Source: an uncultured Myxococcales bacterium
GTDB taxonomy: Bacteria > Myxococcota_A > Polyangia > JAAYKL01
Assembly: GCA_964530995.1 (NCBI GenBank)
Contig: CAZHCG010000002.1
Span: 23,558 to 87,557 of the forward strand
Direction: 5' to 3'
DNA length: 64,000 nt
Below, in pieces: positions 1 through 9,863 of the stretch (the first letter of the stretch is position 1; the number at the start of each line of letters is the position of its first letter). The notes beneath the pieces were generated by a model. The model made no database searches. It had not been told where the DNA came from and was given only the letters and a program-made list of their open reading frames with translations. A program made the position numbers and the translations under genes.

Positions 1-273
1 GTACGCTCCCAGCGAGACGCCGCCGCTGACCGTCACTGCGAGCGGCACCGGCAGCGGCGGCCTGGCCCGCTCCTCGGACGGCTCCGGCTCGGTCCCCGCG
101 TCGGGATCCACCCCGGCGTCGGCGGGCTCGACTCCGGCGTCGGCCGAAGCCGCCGCGACCGGCTCCGTCCGTTCACTCTCTCCCCCGCCGGCTGCGAGAG
201 CGAACAGCGAGACCGCCGCGGCCGCGAGGCCGACCGCGCAGCAACTGGCGGATCTGGACCGATTCACCCGCAT
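1..273 (-). CDS. Partial secreted protein (3' portion only; start ATG near 271-273 on the minus strand, rest beyond the window edge)
   Basis: Minus-strand translation gives MRVNRSRSASCCAVGLAAAAVSLFALAAGGG followed by Ala/Asp/Pro-rich sequence, a signal-peptide-like N-terminus. Absent from the ORF track because it is truncated by the window start. Confidence 0.3.
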   Translation of the reverse strand, partial: MRVNRSRSASCCAVGLAAAAVSLFALAAGGGESERTEPVAAASADAGVEPADAGVDPDAGTEPEPSEERARPPLPVPLAVTVSGGVSLGAY

Positions 274-444
274 CACTCCAATCGAGCAAGAAACCCGCGA
301 ACGGCGACGATTATCGAGGCGTCCCGCCGCGCGATCAAGCAGCATCGCCCCGGAGTGCTCCAGCGGTCAGAAGGTTTTTCCATCAGATAGGCTCACGTGG
401 GACGGGACAGGCTCGAGGTTCGGCTCCGGCTCCGACCCAAAATC

Positions 445-1200
445 TCACCCCGACCGGGGTCGCCTGCAGCTCAGGGGCTGGATCGGTCTGTCGATGTGGT
501 AGCGGATGAAATCGTCCAGGGCGGATTCCATCTCGTCCAGCGCCTTTCCTCCGGCCGGCGCGTCTACCAGCCGGTCCAGCGAAGCGCTCTGCAAAACCCT
601 CAGCCCGGCGGCGGCGGCGGCGCTCAGCAAGTGCGGGCCGCCGCCGCAGGGAGTGCAGATCACCCCTCCCCGGCGGGGGTCGAAGCGCACCGGCCTTCCG
701 GGCGGCACGGGCCTTCCGCAGGCGTTGCAACGCGCGGATCCCACTCCGACCCCGGCCAGCGCCAGCGCTCGCATCGCGGCCGCGGCGCTCAGCCGGCGGC
801 ACTGCTCGGGCTCGGCCCGCGCCAGCAGGGGCAGAGCTTCGCTCAGCAGGGCGAACGCTCCGGGCTCCGGCTGGTCCTCGGGCAGCAGCTCCCGGAGCAG
901 ACCCAGCAGCAGCGAGGCGCCCTCGATTCTGTCCAGGCTTCGCGCCAGGCCCGTGTTGGCCTCGATCAGCGATGCCTCGGCCAGCCGCAGCAGGCTGCCC
1001 TTGCCCGGCGCCAGCGAGACCTCGATCAGGGAAAAGGCCTCCAGCGCCCCGGCGAACCTGCGGCTGCTCTTGCGCGCACCCCTGGCGATCGCCGAGATCC
1101 TCCCGCGCTTTTCGGTCAACAGAGTCACCACTCTGTCCGACTCGCCGTAGTCGACCGAGCGCAGCAGAAAGGCCCGGGAGGTGACGGTCGGCGCGGCCAC
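445..1200 (-). CDS. recO: DNA repair protein RecO
   Basis: 251 aa. N-terminal OB-fold signature FLLRSVDYGESDRVV, a C-terminal Cys cluster (CNACG...CTPCGG) and a length typical of RecO. Confidence 0.8.
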   Translation of the reverse strand: MAAPTVTSRAFLLRSVDYGESDRVVTLLTEKRGRISAIARGARKSSRRFAGALEAFSLIEVSLAPGKGSLLRLAEASLIEANTGLARSLDRIEGASLLLGLLRELLPEDQPEPGAFALLSEALPLLARAEPEQCRRLSAAAAMRALALAGVGVGSARCNACGRPVPPGRPVRFDPRRGGVICTPCGGGPHLLSAAAAAGLRVLQSASLDRLVDAPAGGKALDEMESALDDFIRYHIDRPIQPLSCRRPRSG

Positions 1201-1203
1201 GGC

Positions 1204-2574
1204 TCAGAGGAAAACGTTGATGATCTTGAAGTAGATCAGGACGCCCAGCACGTCGATCGTGGTGGTGACGAACGGGCCGGTGGCCACCGCCGGATCGATC
1301 CGCAAGCGCGCCAACAGCAGCGGCATCGTCGCCCCGACCACGGCGGCCAGCAGCATCGAGATCGCCGAGGCCGATCCCACCAGCCCGGCCAGCAGCAGCA
1401 GGTTCTGCCCGGTGCCCTCCCGCATCTGGATCAGCCCCCAGCCGCCCAGCGCGGCACCGTACAGAACTCCCAGCAGCAGCCCGACCGCCAGCTCTCTGCC
1501 GAGCACGCGCCAGAACTGCTTGACGTCGGTGCGGCGCGTGGCCAGGCCGCGCACCACGATCGCCAGCGACTGCGTGCCCACGTTGCCCGCCATCCCGATG
1601 ATGATCGGAATGAAGGCGGCCAGCGCCAGCACGCCGGTCAGCGTCTGTTCGTAGTGGCCGATGATGATCGAGGCGACCACGCCTCCGCCCCAGGCCACCG
1701 CCAGCCACGGCGCGCGGCGCGCGAACGAGCCGAGCACCGACTGCTTGGCTTCCAGCGCCTCTCCGGCGCCGGCCATCTTGAGGATGTCCTCGGTGGCCTC
1801 CTCGCGCAGCACGTCGATCACGTCGTCGACCGTGACCATGCCGACCAGCTTGTTGGTGTCGTCGACGACCGGTACGGCCAGCAGGTCGTAGCGGGCCACG
1901 ATCCGGGCCACATCCTCCTGGTCCTCGTCGGTGCGCACCGAGACGACGTGGGGGTTCATGATCTCCTCGAGCGGACTGTTGGGTCTCGAGATCACCAGTT
2001 GCCGCAGCGAGAGCACGCCGACCAGCGAGTGGTGGTCGTTGACCACGTAGATGTAGAATGCCATCTCCACGTCCGGGGAGATCTGGATGATCTTGATCGC
2101 CTCCTCGGCGCTGACGTCCTGGGAGATGGCCAGCACGTCCGGGCTCATGATCCCGCCGGCGGTGGTCGCTCCGTAGCGCAGCAGCTCGGCGACCTCGTCC
2201 GAGTCCTCGTCCGGCAGCGCCGCGATCAGCTCGGCGGCCACCTCCTCGTCGAGCTCGCCGAGGATGTCGGCGCGATCGTCGCCGGACATCGCGCTCAACA
2301 GCTCCACGACCCGCTCGACCGGCATCGAGGAGATCAGCTCCACCGCGAAGTCGAGCGGCAGCGAGGCCACGACCTCGGCCCGGTACTCCTCGTCCTCGGC
2401 CAGCGCGAGCAGCCGTTGCTGCTCCTCGGGAAGGAAGCGATCGAAGACGTGGGACAGGTCGACCGGGTGCGTCCGCTTCAAGATGCGGCGGATGTTGGGA
2501 TCGGCGCTGCGCCTGAGCAGCCGCTTGAGCGTGTCGGTGAACAGGTGGCTCTGTCCTCGCAACGCTTCGATCAT
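1204..2574 (-). CDS. mgtE: Magnesium transporter MgtE
   Basis: 456 aa. MgtE N-domain, tandem CBS domains and a C-terminal TM domain with GNVGTQS and PFVTTTIDVLGVLIYF motifs. Confidence 0.9.
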   Translation of the reverse strand: MIEALRGQSHLFTDTLKRLLRRSADPNIRRILKRTHPVDLSHVFDRFLPEEQQRLLALAEDEEYRAEVVASLPLDFAVELISSMPVERVVELLSAMSGDDRADILGELDEEVAAELIAALPDEDSDEVAELLRYGATTAGGIMSPDVLAISQDVSAEEAIKIIQISPDVEMAFYIYVVNDHHSLVGVLSLRQLVISRPNSPLEEIMNPHVVSVRTDEDQEDVARIVARYDLLAVPVVDDTNKLVGMVTVDDVIDVLREEATEDILKMAGAGEALEAKQSVLGSFARRAPWLAVAWGGGVVASIIIGHYEQTLTGVLALAAFIPIIIGMAGNVGTQSLAIVVRGLATRRTDVKQFWRVLGRELAVGLLLGVLYGAALGGWGLIQMREGTGQNLLLLAGLVGSASAISMLLAAVVGATMPLLLARLRIDPAVATGPFVTTTIDVLGVLIYFKIINVFL

Positions 2575-2586
2575 CGCGACATCCTC

Positions 2587-3381
2587 TCAGAGATCGGAGA
2601 GCGCATCGGTGCACTGGCGCCCGATCTCGCTGCCCGGATCGATTTGTTCGCAACGATCGAACGCCTCGCGCGCCCGCTCGTCGTCGCCGAGGCGCAGATG
2701 GGTTATTCCCAGCAGCCGGTGAGCCTGCTGGATCTCTCCGCAGCGCTCGTCCTCGGAGCCGATCGCGTCGGTCAGGCTCTGCTCGGCGGCCCGATAGTCT
2801 CCGCTCAGGTAGTAGGCCTGCCCGAGGCGGTACTTGCCCACGCAGAACCGCGACTGGTCGAAGGTCGCGCGGCGCAGCACCTCTATCGCCTTTTCGTGCT
2901 CTCCCAGCTCGATGTAGGCCCAGCCCAGGTTGCCCATCGCGAGCCACGGCTCCCGGTTGAGCACCTCATCGGCCGCCTCCTCGAGAAACCGGATCGCCTC
3001 GGCGTAGCGCTGCTGGTGGATCAGCAAGACGCCCAGGCTGTTGAGCGCCTCGCAGCGCGCAGCCGGTCGATTCTCGCCCCGCAGCCGCACGGCATCCCGC
3101 AGGTGGTGCTCGGCCCGGTCGAGCTCGCCGCGGCCGAGCCGAAGCGTGCCCAGCAGGTAGTGGGCGTCGTCGTTGTCGGGGTTCTTTTCCACGGCGCGGG
3201 TCAGGTGCCTGATCGCGGCGAGGTTGTCGTGCTCGTCGTACCAGGCGATGTGGGCCGCCTCGTAGAATCGGTCGGACTGGCGGCGCGCCTTGTCGGATAT
3301 CTCCGGGCCGCAGGACCCCAGCATCGCGCCCGTGAGCCACAGGCCGGCGGTCAGCATCGCTTTGGGCGCAACGTTTCGCAT
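2587..3381 (-). CDS. TPR-repeat lipoprotein
   Basis: Signal peptide plus LGSCG lipobox. Repeated 34-residue Tyr/Ala/Leu-patterned helical repeats (AHYLLGTLRL, AWAYIELGEHEKAI, YYLSGDYRAAEQ). Confidence 0.6.
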   Translation of the reverse strand: MRNVAPKAMLTAGLWLTGAMLGSCGPEISDKARRQSDRFYEAAHIAWYDEHDNLAAIRHLTRAVEKNPDNDDAHYLLGTLRLGRGELDRAEHHLRDAVRLRGENRPAARCEALNSLGVLLIHQQRYAEAIRFLEEAADEVLNREPWLAMGNLGWAYIELGEHEKAIEVLRRATFDQSRFCVGKYRLGQAYYLSGDYRAAEQSLTDAIGSEDERCGEIQQAHRLLGITHLRLGDDERAREAFDRCEQIDPGSEIGRQCTDALSDL

Positions 3382-3506
3382 CGTGGTTCCCCGAGGCCGC
3401 CCGACGGGGACGGCAGGCGCCGGGACCGAATAGCAGGGAACCTTTCGCCGGTCAAGCGACGGAAAAGAAAAAGGTCTTTGTTATGAAGAGGTTAACTCGT
3501 CAAATC

Positions 3507-4127
3507 TCAAATCGCATTGAACGAGGCGCGTTTCTGCTGGGGGGCTATCTGCGAGGCGTTCACCTTGAACTTGACGTGGACCACGTCCATCTTGACGATG
3601 TTGTCGTCCTCGTGGCCGGCGCCGATCAGCACCGTCAGCTCGTCCCCGCTGGAAGTGGACTTGCGTCCTTCCTCGATGTCCTTTTTCGCCTTGAGCACGA
3701 CCGTGTTCTTTCCCTTCTTCAACCAGGCCGAGATCTCGGTGATCACCGCGTCGTCCCCGGCCTCTATCACCGCGCGCTCCACTCCGTTGATCTCGAGCAC
3801 CACGTCGTACTGGGCACGCCCCTGGGGCGACGGCTTGGTGGCGAGGAAGTACTTGGTCCTCAGCTCCGGGTTGGCGCCCGCCTCGCTGCGGTCGGACGAG
3901 GATTCCTCCTCGCCGGCCTCCTCGTCCGCCACCTCGACCTTGTAGTGCGGCGCGCTGAGATGGATGTCGCCGTTCTCGTCGATGTGACATTTGACGTCCT
4001 TGAACGTGCGGTCCTTGACGTGCGAGATATCCACGCCGTTGAGGTAGACGGCCCTGGCCGCCGCGGCGAGCGGGGCGGCCAGGATCACGACGGCGACGAG
4101 GCCGGCGATTGCGCTGCGTTTCTTCAT
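3507..4127 (-). CDS. Secreted hypothetical protein
   Basis: 206 aa with a cleavable signal peptide (MKKRSAIAGLVAVVILAAPLAAAARA) and no recognisable catalytic motif. Confidence 0.5.
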   Translation of the reverse strand: MKKRSAIAGLVAVVILAAPLAAAARAVYLNGVDISHVKDRTFKDVKCHIDENGDIHLSAPHYKVEVADEEAGEEESSSDRSEAGANPELRTKYFLATKPSPQGRAQYDVVLEINGVERAVIEAGDDAVITEISAWLKKGKNTVVLKAKKDIEEGRKSTSSGDELTVLIGAGHEDDNIVKMDVVHVKFKVNASQIAPQQKRASFNAI

Positions 4128-4195
4128 CTCGATTCCTCCTTGGACGAGTCGACCCCTCGCTCAGTTGAGACGCGAAGACAGAGAGAAAATTTAGA

Positions 4196-4858
4196 TCAGC
4201 CCTTGCGCAGCTCTTCCTTCATGCCCATCAGCCGGTAGAGCTTGCGCAGCGCCTCCACATCGAACACCTGCAGCGCCTCCCCCGCGATCGACAGGTAGCC
4301 GTTCTCCTTGAGCTCGAGGATCCCCCGCTTGACGGTGTCCACGTCGAGCCCGATCCGCGAGGAGAGCTCGATCGGCGAGATCGGCAGCAGAGTGCTGCCG
4401 TTGGCGTCGGGAGGCGTTCCCTGCGAGAGCTTGATCAGGGTGTTGACGATCTTGCTCTGGCTGTCGCGCAGCATCATGTTCTCGATGCGCTCCTCCGACG
4501 ACTGCAGCCTGCGCACCAGCTGCCCGATCAGCTTGAGCGCGATCGCGGGCTGACCCTCGAGCAGGTGCTCGAAATCGTCCGCCTCGAAGGCCAGCACCCG
4601 GCAGTCGCCCAGCGCCACGGCCGAGGCGGGCCGGCGGTGGCCGCGAGCCAACGCCGATTCGCCGAAGATGTCCCCGGCGCGCAGAATCGCGATATCCCTC
4701 TCGACGAGCCGCACCCGCTTGATCACGCGGACCCGCCCGTCGATCACCATGAACACCTCGGTCGACTCGTCGTCCTCGGCGTAGATGATCTCTCCGCCCT
4801 CGTAACTGCGGCCGAAGCGCTCGAACAGCCGTTCGGATTCCTGGGATTCCGGCTTCAT
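4196..4858 (-). CDS. Crp/Fnr-family transcriptional regulator (cNMP-binding domain plus HTH)
   Basis: 220 aa. N-terminal cyclic-nucleotide-binding beta-roll (GDIFGESAL motif) and a C-terminal HTH (ISPIELSSRIGLDVDTVKRGILELKENG). Confidence 0.8.
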   Translation of the reverse strand: MKPESQESERLFERFGRSYEGGEIIYAEDDESTEVFMVIDGRVRVIKRVRLVERDIAILRAGDIFGESALARGHRRPASAVALGDCRVLAFEADDFEHLLEGQPAIALKLIGQLVRRLQSSEERIENMMLRDSQSKIVNTLIKLSQGTPPDANGSTLLPISPIELSSRIGLDVDTVKRGILELKENGYLSIAGEALQVFDVEALRKLYRLMGMKEELRKG

Positions 4859-5052
4859 TTCACGGTGGATTCTAGGGGATGGCCCGAAAAAAGCAAAACG
4901 TCATCGGCAGGATTCTTGCATGTAAAGCACCGTTGGTACGGTGCGTCCCCGATCGCGAAAGGAGCTTTCGGGCCGGCAATCTCGCTTGATAGCACTTGAA
5001 TTTGTGGCATGATGCCTCGTCGATCAGAAATGGAAACGGCGTCGACGCGAAG

Positions 5053-5421
5053 ATGACGATGGAGCGCAAAAGAAGACTGGCCGCGCACGTGATGCTGGCT
5101 GCCTTCCTCTCGTGGCAGCTCAGCGCGGTGATGCACCTCCTGCTCGTCACTCACGTCATCCAACCAGACGGCAGCGTCGCCGACATCGATCCCGAGAGCG
5201 GCGAGTCCGTTCCCGAGCGCGGTGGACCGAACCCGCTCGACGACGGTTGCCCCTATCTCTACCAGATCACGGTCTCGAGCGCCCTGACCAGCGAGAGCGT
5301 CTCGGCCGTCTCCGCGGTCGCGGTCGTCGAGCCAGTCCCGCTCCCGCGGGAGGTCGACCGCGTCGATCGGGGCGATGAGATCTACAGGCTCTCGCCTTCC
5401 AACTCGCCCCCGTTCGCCTGA
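5053..5421 (+). CDS. Small hypothetical membrane-anchored protein
   Basis: Internal Met of ORF 4996..5421, followed by a hydrophobic segment LAAHVMLAAFLSWQLSAVMHLLLV. Preceded by a lower-GC promoter-like region (TTGATA...). Weak evidence. Confidence 0.25.
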   Translation: MTMERKRRLAAHVMLAAFLSWQLSAVMHLLLVTHVIQPDGSVADIDPESGESVPERGGPNPLDDGCPYLYQITVSSALTSESVSAVSAVAVVEPVPLPREVDRVDRGDEIYRLSPSNSPPFA

Positions 5422-5514
5422 GCTACCGAGCAGCCGGGCCCGCGAGGGCTCGATGGCGACGACGGAATCTGCGGCCCCCGAAACGGTCCGCAGCGGTGGT
5501 GAAGGGCGAAAAGG

Positions 5515-6954
5515 ATGAGGAAAAAGAGCACATTGATCGCGCTGTCCGCGACGTTGCTGATCTGCGAGCTGGCGATCGCGCAGGAAGAGGCAAAGGACGC
5601 CTCCGGGCGGGACGATTCCGAGACCGGCGAAGAGGCGAGCGGCGAGGAGGACGCCGCCGGCGACGAGGGCCGCGTGCTCGAGCTGCAAGAGCGCGTGGCC
5701 GAGCTGGAAGAGGAGATGCAGGCGCTGACCGAGCGCGCCGAGCAGGACGAGCTGGAGAAGCTGGTGGCCGAGGCCGAGGCGGCCGCCGACGCCCCCGAGG
5801 AGGAGGAGGCACCCGAAGAGCGCACCTTTCTCTGGGGCGCGCTGGCCCTGCAGAAGCTCAACCCGGAGCTGAGCGTCAGCGCCGATTTCCTGGCGGGGCT
5901 GATCATCGACGACGCGAAAAATCCCCATTTCTACGCCGGGGCCGACGACAGGAGCACGATGGTGATCCGTGAGCTGGGGTTCCAGATCCAGCACGTGCTC
6001 GATCCCTACTCGATGTTCAAGGCGGCGGTGAACTTCTTCCCCGAGCCGCATCCCGGCGTGGAGGTCGAGGAGGTCTACATGACCTGGTTCGGCGCGATCC
6101 CCTCGGTCTCGCTGACCGTGGGGCGCTTTCGCCAGAACCTGGGCGTGGTCAACCGCTGGCACGGGCACGACCTGGACCAGACCGACTACCCGCTGGCGAT
6201 GAGCGCGGTGCTGGGCGAGGGCGGCGTGGCCGGGACCGGGCTGGCGCTCAAGTGGTTCATGCCGCCGCTGTGGGCCTCGGCCAACGAGTTCTCGCTGGAG
6301 GTGGCGACCGGCGAGAACGACACGCTGTTCGCCGGCGAGTTCGTCAGCGTGCCGACGGTGATGGGCCACCTCAAGAACTACTGGGACCTGAGCGAGTCGA
6401 CCTACATGGAGCTGGGTCTGAGCGGAATGTGGGGGGTCAACAACCGCCGCGGATACGTCAACGAGGACGACCGGCTGGTGGACGAGCCCTGGCGCCACAC
6501 CGCGGTCGCGGCGGCCGACCTGACGCTCAACTGGAACCCGCTCCAGCAGGCCAAGTACCGTTCCTTCACCTGGCGCAGCGAAGGCTACTTCGTCTTCAAG
6601 CAGGTGCCGGGCGACGAGGAGGCGATCGGCTCGGGAGTCGGAACCGCGGACGGCGAGCGGATCGGTGTCGGGGCCTACTCGTACATCGATTTCCAGCTGG
6701 CCACGCGCTGGTTCGCCGGGGTGCGCGGAGACGCGGCCGTTCCCACGGTGCGCACCAAAAACAAGATCGCCTGGGACGTGGTGCCCTACCTCACGTTCTG
6801 GCAAAGCGAGTTCGTCTACCTGCGGCTGGAGTACAGCCACGGGCAGGACATTCCGATCGAGCGGCCGGACGGCACGCTCGCGCTGAGAACGGACGACCGG
6901 GTGATGCTCCAGCTAGACTGGGCGGCCGGTCCCCACAAGCACGAGAAATACTGA
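5515..6954 (+). CDS. Outer-membrane beta-barrel (porin-like) protein with an acidic coiled-coil N-terminal segment
   Basis: Signal peptide, a D/E-rich coiled-coil segment (ELQERVAELEEEMQALTERAEQDELEKL), then alternating amphipathic beta-strands ending in an aromatic C-terminal residue region. First gene of the metal-uptake operon. Confidence 0.65.
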   Translation: MRKKSTLIALSATLLICELAIAQEEAKDASGRDDSETGEEASGEEDAAGDEGRVLELQERVAELEEEMQALTERAEQDELEKLVAEAEAAADAPEEEEAPEERTFLWGALALQKLNPELSVSADFLAGLIIDDAKNPHFYAGADDRSTMVIRELGFQIQHVLDPYSMFKAAVNFFPEPHPGVEVEEVYMTWFGAIPSVSLTVGRFRQNLGVVNRWHGHDLDQTDYPLAMSAVLGEGGVAGTGLALKWFMPPLWASANEFSLEVATGENDTLFAGEFVSVPTVMGHLKNYWDLSESTYMELGLSGMWGVNNRRGYVNEDDRLVDEPWRHTAVAAADLTLNWNPLQQAKYRSFTWRSEGYFVFKQVPGDEEAIGSGVGTADGERIGVGAYSYIDFQLATRWFAGVRGDAAVPTVRTKNKIAWDVVPYLTFWQSEFVYLRLEYSHGQDIPIERPDGTLALRTDDRVMLQLDWAAGPHKHEKY

Positions 6955-6955
6955 G

Positions 6956-8035
6956 ATGAAGATAACGAGGAGAAAAACTATGAAACGGCTTGCAACGACA
7001 ATCGCGATCGCGGCGCTGGCGCTGGCCGCGTCGCTCAACGGCGGACGAGCGCTGGCCGGCGACAAGCTCGAGGTGGTGGTCACCTCGGCGGCCTACGCTC
7101 CGATCGCGCGCTACATCGGCGGAGACGAGGTCGAGGTCAGCTACATCGTGCGCGGCAACCAGGACCCTCACATCGTGCGGCCCAAGCCCTCGCTGGCGGT
7201 CAAGCTGAGCAGGGCCGACGTCTTCGTCGCGACCGGGATGGACCTCGAGATGTGGGCCCCGGCGCTGGTCGACATGTCCAACAATCCCGACATCCGCAGC
7301 GGCCAGAAGGGCTACGTCTCGGCCAGCGCGGGAATCGATATCATCGAAAAGCCGGTCACGGTCAGCCGGGCCGAGGGCGACGTGCACATCTACGGCAACC
7401 CGCACATCCACACCAGCCCGCTCAACGGCAAGGTGATCGCGGAGAACATCTGCACCGGGCTGAAGAAGAACGCGCCCGAGCACTCCGACTACTTCGAGCA
7501 GAAACTCAAACGCTTCAAGCGCGAGATCAACCGCCGCACCTTCGGCTCGGAGCTGGTCGAGATGGTGGGCGGCAAGACGCTGACCAAGCTCGCGCAGCGG
7601 GGCCGGCTGATCTCGTTTCTGGAGGGCAAGGAGTACAAGGGCAAGTCGCTGATCGACTACCTGGGCGGCTGGATGAAGCAGGCGATGCCGCTGCGCGGCA
7701 AGAAGCTGGTCGACTACCACAAGAACTGGAGCTACTTCGCGCAGCTGTTCGGCGTCGAAATCGTCGAGCACATGGAGCCCAAGCCCGGAATCCCGCCCAC
7801 GCCCGGCCACGTCTCGGCCGTGATCGACAAGATGAAGAACGAGAACATCAAAGTGATGCTGGCCGCCAACTACTTCGACATCGGTCGCGTGCGGCATGTG
7901 GCCTCGCGCGTCGGCGCCGTTCCGGTCATCACCGCGCTGGGCCCGGGCGGAGAGCGCGGAATGAACACGTTTTTCGACCAGTTCGATATCTGGATCTCGA
8001 AGCTGACCTCGGCTTTCGAGCAGACCGCCCAGTAG
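6956..8035 (+). CDS. Metal (Zn/Mn) ABC transporter substrate-binding protein, ZnuA/TroA family
   Basis: Signal peptide plus the cluster-9 solute-binding fold, with metal-binding His (NPHIHTSP, GHVSAVID). The start may be the downstream Met (MKRLATT). Confidence 0.8.
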   Translation: MKITRRKTMKRLATTIAIAALALAASLNGGRALAGDKLEVVVTSAAYAPIARYIGGDEVEVSYIVRGNQDPHIVRPKPSLAVKLSRADVFVATGMDLEMWAPALVDMSNNPDIRSGQKGYVSASAGIDIIEKPVTVSRAEGDVHIYGNPHIHTSPLNGKVIAENICTGLKKNAPEHSDYFEQKLKRFKREINRRTFGSELVEMVGGKTLTKLAQRGRLISFLEGKEYKGKSLIDYLGGWMKQAMPLRGKKLVDYHKNWSYFAQLFGVEIVEHMEPKPGIPPTPGHVSAVIDKMKNENIKVMLAANYFDIGRVRHVASRVGAVPVITALGPGGERGMNTFFDQFDIWISKLTSAFEQTAQ

Positions 8036-8068
8036 AGCGCCGCGCGCTCGCGGCATCGAGGTGGATTC

Positions 8069-9388
8069 ATGAACATGCTGGAGTTGATGGCGGCTCCGTT
8101 CGCCGAGTGCCTGATCCTGGTCGCAATCCACACCTATCTCGGAATCCACGTGCTGCGGCGGAGGGTGATCTTCGTCGACCTGGCGCTGGCCCAGACCGCG
8201 GCGCTGGGGACCACGGTCGGATTCATGTTCGGAATAGTGCCCGAGACGCCGGCCGCGCTGATCTACTCGATAACCTTCACCTTCGTCGCCGCGGCGATCT
8301 TCGCCTTGACCCGCCTGCGCGGAGAGCGGGTTCCCCAGGAGGCGGTGATCGGGCTGTTCTACGCCCTGACCGCCTCGGTGGCCGTGCTGGTCGTACAGAA
8401 GACGCAGGGCGCCGAGCACCTGGACAGCATCCTGGTCGGAGGCCTGCTCTGGGTCGAGTGGTCGGACGTGATCTCCGCGCTGATCGCCTACTCGGTGATC
8501 GGAGCGATCCACGTGGTCTTCAGCCGTCAGTTCCGCCTGATCTCCAACAACCCGTCGCAGGCCTACGAGCGGGGGATGAACGTCCGCGCCTGGGATTTCC
8601 TCTTCTACCTGACCTTCGGCTTCGTGATCTCGTTTTCGGTGCGCGTGGCCGGAGTGCTGCTGGTCTTCGTCTTCCTGGTCGCGCCGGCGATCATGGCCTT
8701 CATGATCACCGATCGGCTCAAATGGCAGCTGATCGTCGGCTGGTCGATGGGGACGATCGTGACCACGATCGGATTGCTGATCTCCTACGGAGCCGACCTG
8801 CCGAGCGGACCCACGGTGGTCTCCTTCTACGGAGTGGTGCTCGCGATCGGGGCGCTGGTGCTCTACGTGGTCAAGGCGCGAAGGACGGGCCGCGCTTTGG
8901 GCTGGGTCGCTCTGGGCGTGTCCGCGGCGGCGGCGATCTCGCTGGCCGTCTACGGCGAGGGCCTGCTGCTGGGCGGCAGCTCGCTGGCGACCGACGAGAA
9001 GCTGGTCGCGGTGGGGGACGAGATGGAACGGGTGTCAAGAAGGGCGCACCAACGGAAGATCATCGAGGAGAACTCCGAGGTGGCGCGCCTCGAGCGCGAG
9101 GTGGGGGGCGGGGTTCCCGCCTCCAGCCTGGTCAGCTACATCGAGCTGGAGGACTCCGAGTCGCGCCTGGAGTTCATCCGCCGCGAGATCGAGCGCCACG
9201 AGAAAAGCGGGCTGCCGCTGCTGATCTGCTTCCTCTCCGACCCGGAGACCGGAATCTTCTTCAGGGCCGAAGCGCTGGGCATCATCGAGGAGCGGCTGGG
9301 CGAGGACTTCGGCTACGACCCGGAAAAGAAGCCCGGCCGGAACAGCGAGGCGCTGAGCAGAATCCGCGCCGCGATCTCCGACCTCTGA
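8069..9388 (+). CDS. Metal ABC transporter permease (ZnuB-like) fused to a ~170-aa C-terminal coiled-coil extension
   Basis: The first ~270 aa have the ZnuB/TroC permease topology (YLGIHVLRRRVIFVDLALAQ). The C-terminal part is a hydrophilic E/R-rich domain. No ATPase gene is adjacent. Confidence 0.75.
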   Translation: MNMLELMAAPFAECLILVAIHTYLGIHVLRRRVIFVDLALAQTAALGTTVGFMFGIVPETPAALIYSITFTFVAAAIFALTRLRGERVPQEAVIGLFYALTASVAVLVVQKTQGAEHLDSILVGGLLWVEWSDVISALIAYSVIGAIHVVFSRQFRLISNNPSQAYERGMNVRAWDFLFYLTFGFVISFSVRVAGVLLVFVFLVAPAIMAFMITDRLKWQLIVGWSMGTIVTTIGLLISYGADLPSGPTVVSFYGVVLAIGALVLYVVKARRTGRALGWVALGVSAAAAISLAVYGEGLLLGGSSLATDEKLVAVGDEMERVSRRAHQRKIIEENSEVARLEREVGGGVPASSLVSYIELEDSESRLEFIRREIERHEKSGLPLLICFLSDPETGIFFRAEALGIIEERLGEDFGYDPEKKPGRNSEALSRIRAAISDL

Positions 9389-9389
9389 G

Positions 9390-9863
9390 CTAGTCGCCGA
9401 TCATCGCGGCGATTCGCTCCAGGCCGATCCGATCGGCTTCGAAGAAGGCGTCGAGCTCGTTGGAGTCCACGTCGAGCACGCCGACGACCGCGCCCTCGGC
9501 CCCGCGCACCGGAATCGCGATCTCGCTGCGCGAGCGCGCGTCGCAGACGATGTGCCCCTCGAACGCGTGGACGTCCGGCACTACGATCGTCTCGCCGCGC
9601 TGGACGCAGGACCAGCACACGCCGCTGCCCCGCGGCTCGAGGATCGCGCAGGCCAGCGCCCCCTGGTAGGGACCGACCAGCAGATCCCGGCCCACCGCGC
9701 GGTAGAACCCGGTCCAGACGAAGTGCGGCATCTTGGCGTGCAACAGCGCCGCGGTGGTCGCCATCCGCGCGTCGGTGTCCAGCGCGGGGACGAACAGCTC
9801 CTCTAGCTGCTCGGCGATCCGTTCGTAGCGCCCGGCGTAACGTTGAGCGTCTCTTTCAGGCAT
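9390..9863 (-). CDS. GAF-domain protein (free methionine-R-sulfoxide reductase-like)
   Basis: 157 aa single GAF domain with the conserved Cys pattern (CAILEPRGSGVCWSC) of fRMsr/YebR-type proteins. Confidence 0.7.
   Translation of the reverse strand: MPERDAQRYAGRYERIAEQLEELFVPALDTDARMATTAALLHAKMPHFVWTGFYRAVGRDLLVGPYQGALACAILEPRGSGVCWSCVQRGETIVVPDVHAFEGHIVCDARSRSEIAIPVRGAEGAVVGVLDVDSNELDAFFEADRIGLERIAAMIGD

Noticed and set aside
383-3486. Very long ORFs 383..2947 (-) 854 aa and 397..3486 (+) 1029 aa spanning recO, mgtE and the TPR gene
   Set aside because: Arg/Gly/Ala/Pro-rich low-complexity translations typical of off-frame reading in 70% GC DNA. They overlap three well-supported genes in other frames.
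3382-3506. Possible Mg (M-box) riboswitch upstream of the TPR-mgtE operon
   Set aside because: The available leader (~125 nt) is shorter than an M-box and shows none of the conserved helices on inspection.
4855-9393. ORFs 4855..6840 (-), 6791..8512 (-), 7252..9393 (+)
   Set aside because: They overlap the OMP-ZnuA-ZnuB genes, which have signal peptides and family motifs. The translations are Arg/Gly/His-rich junk.
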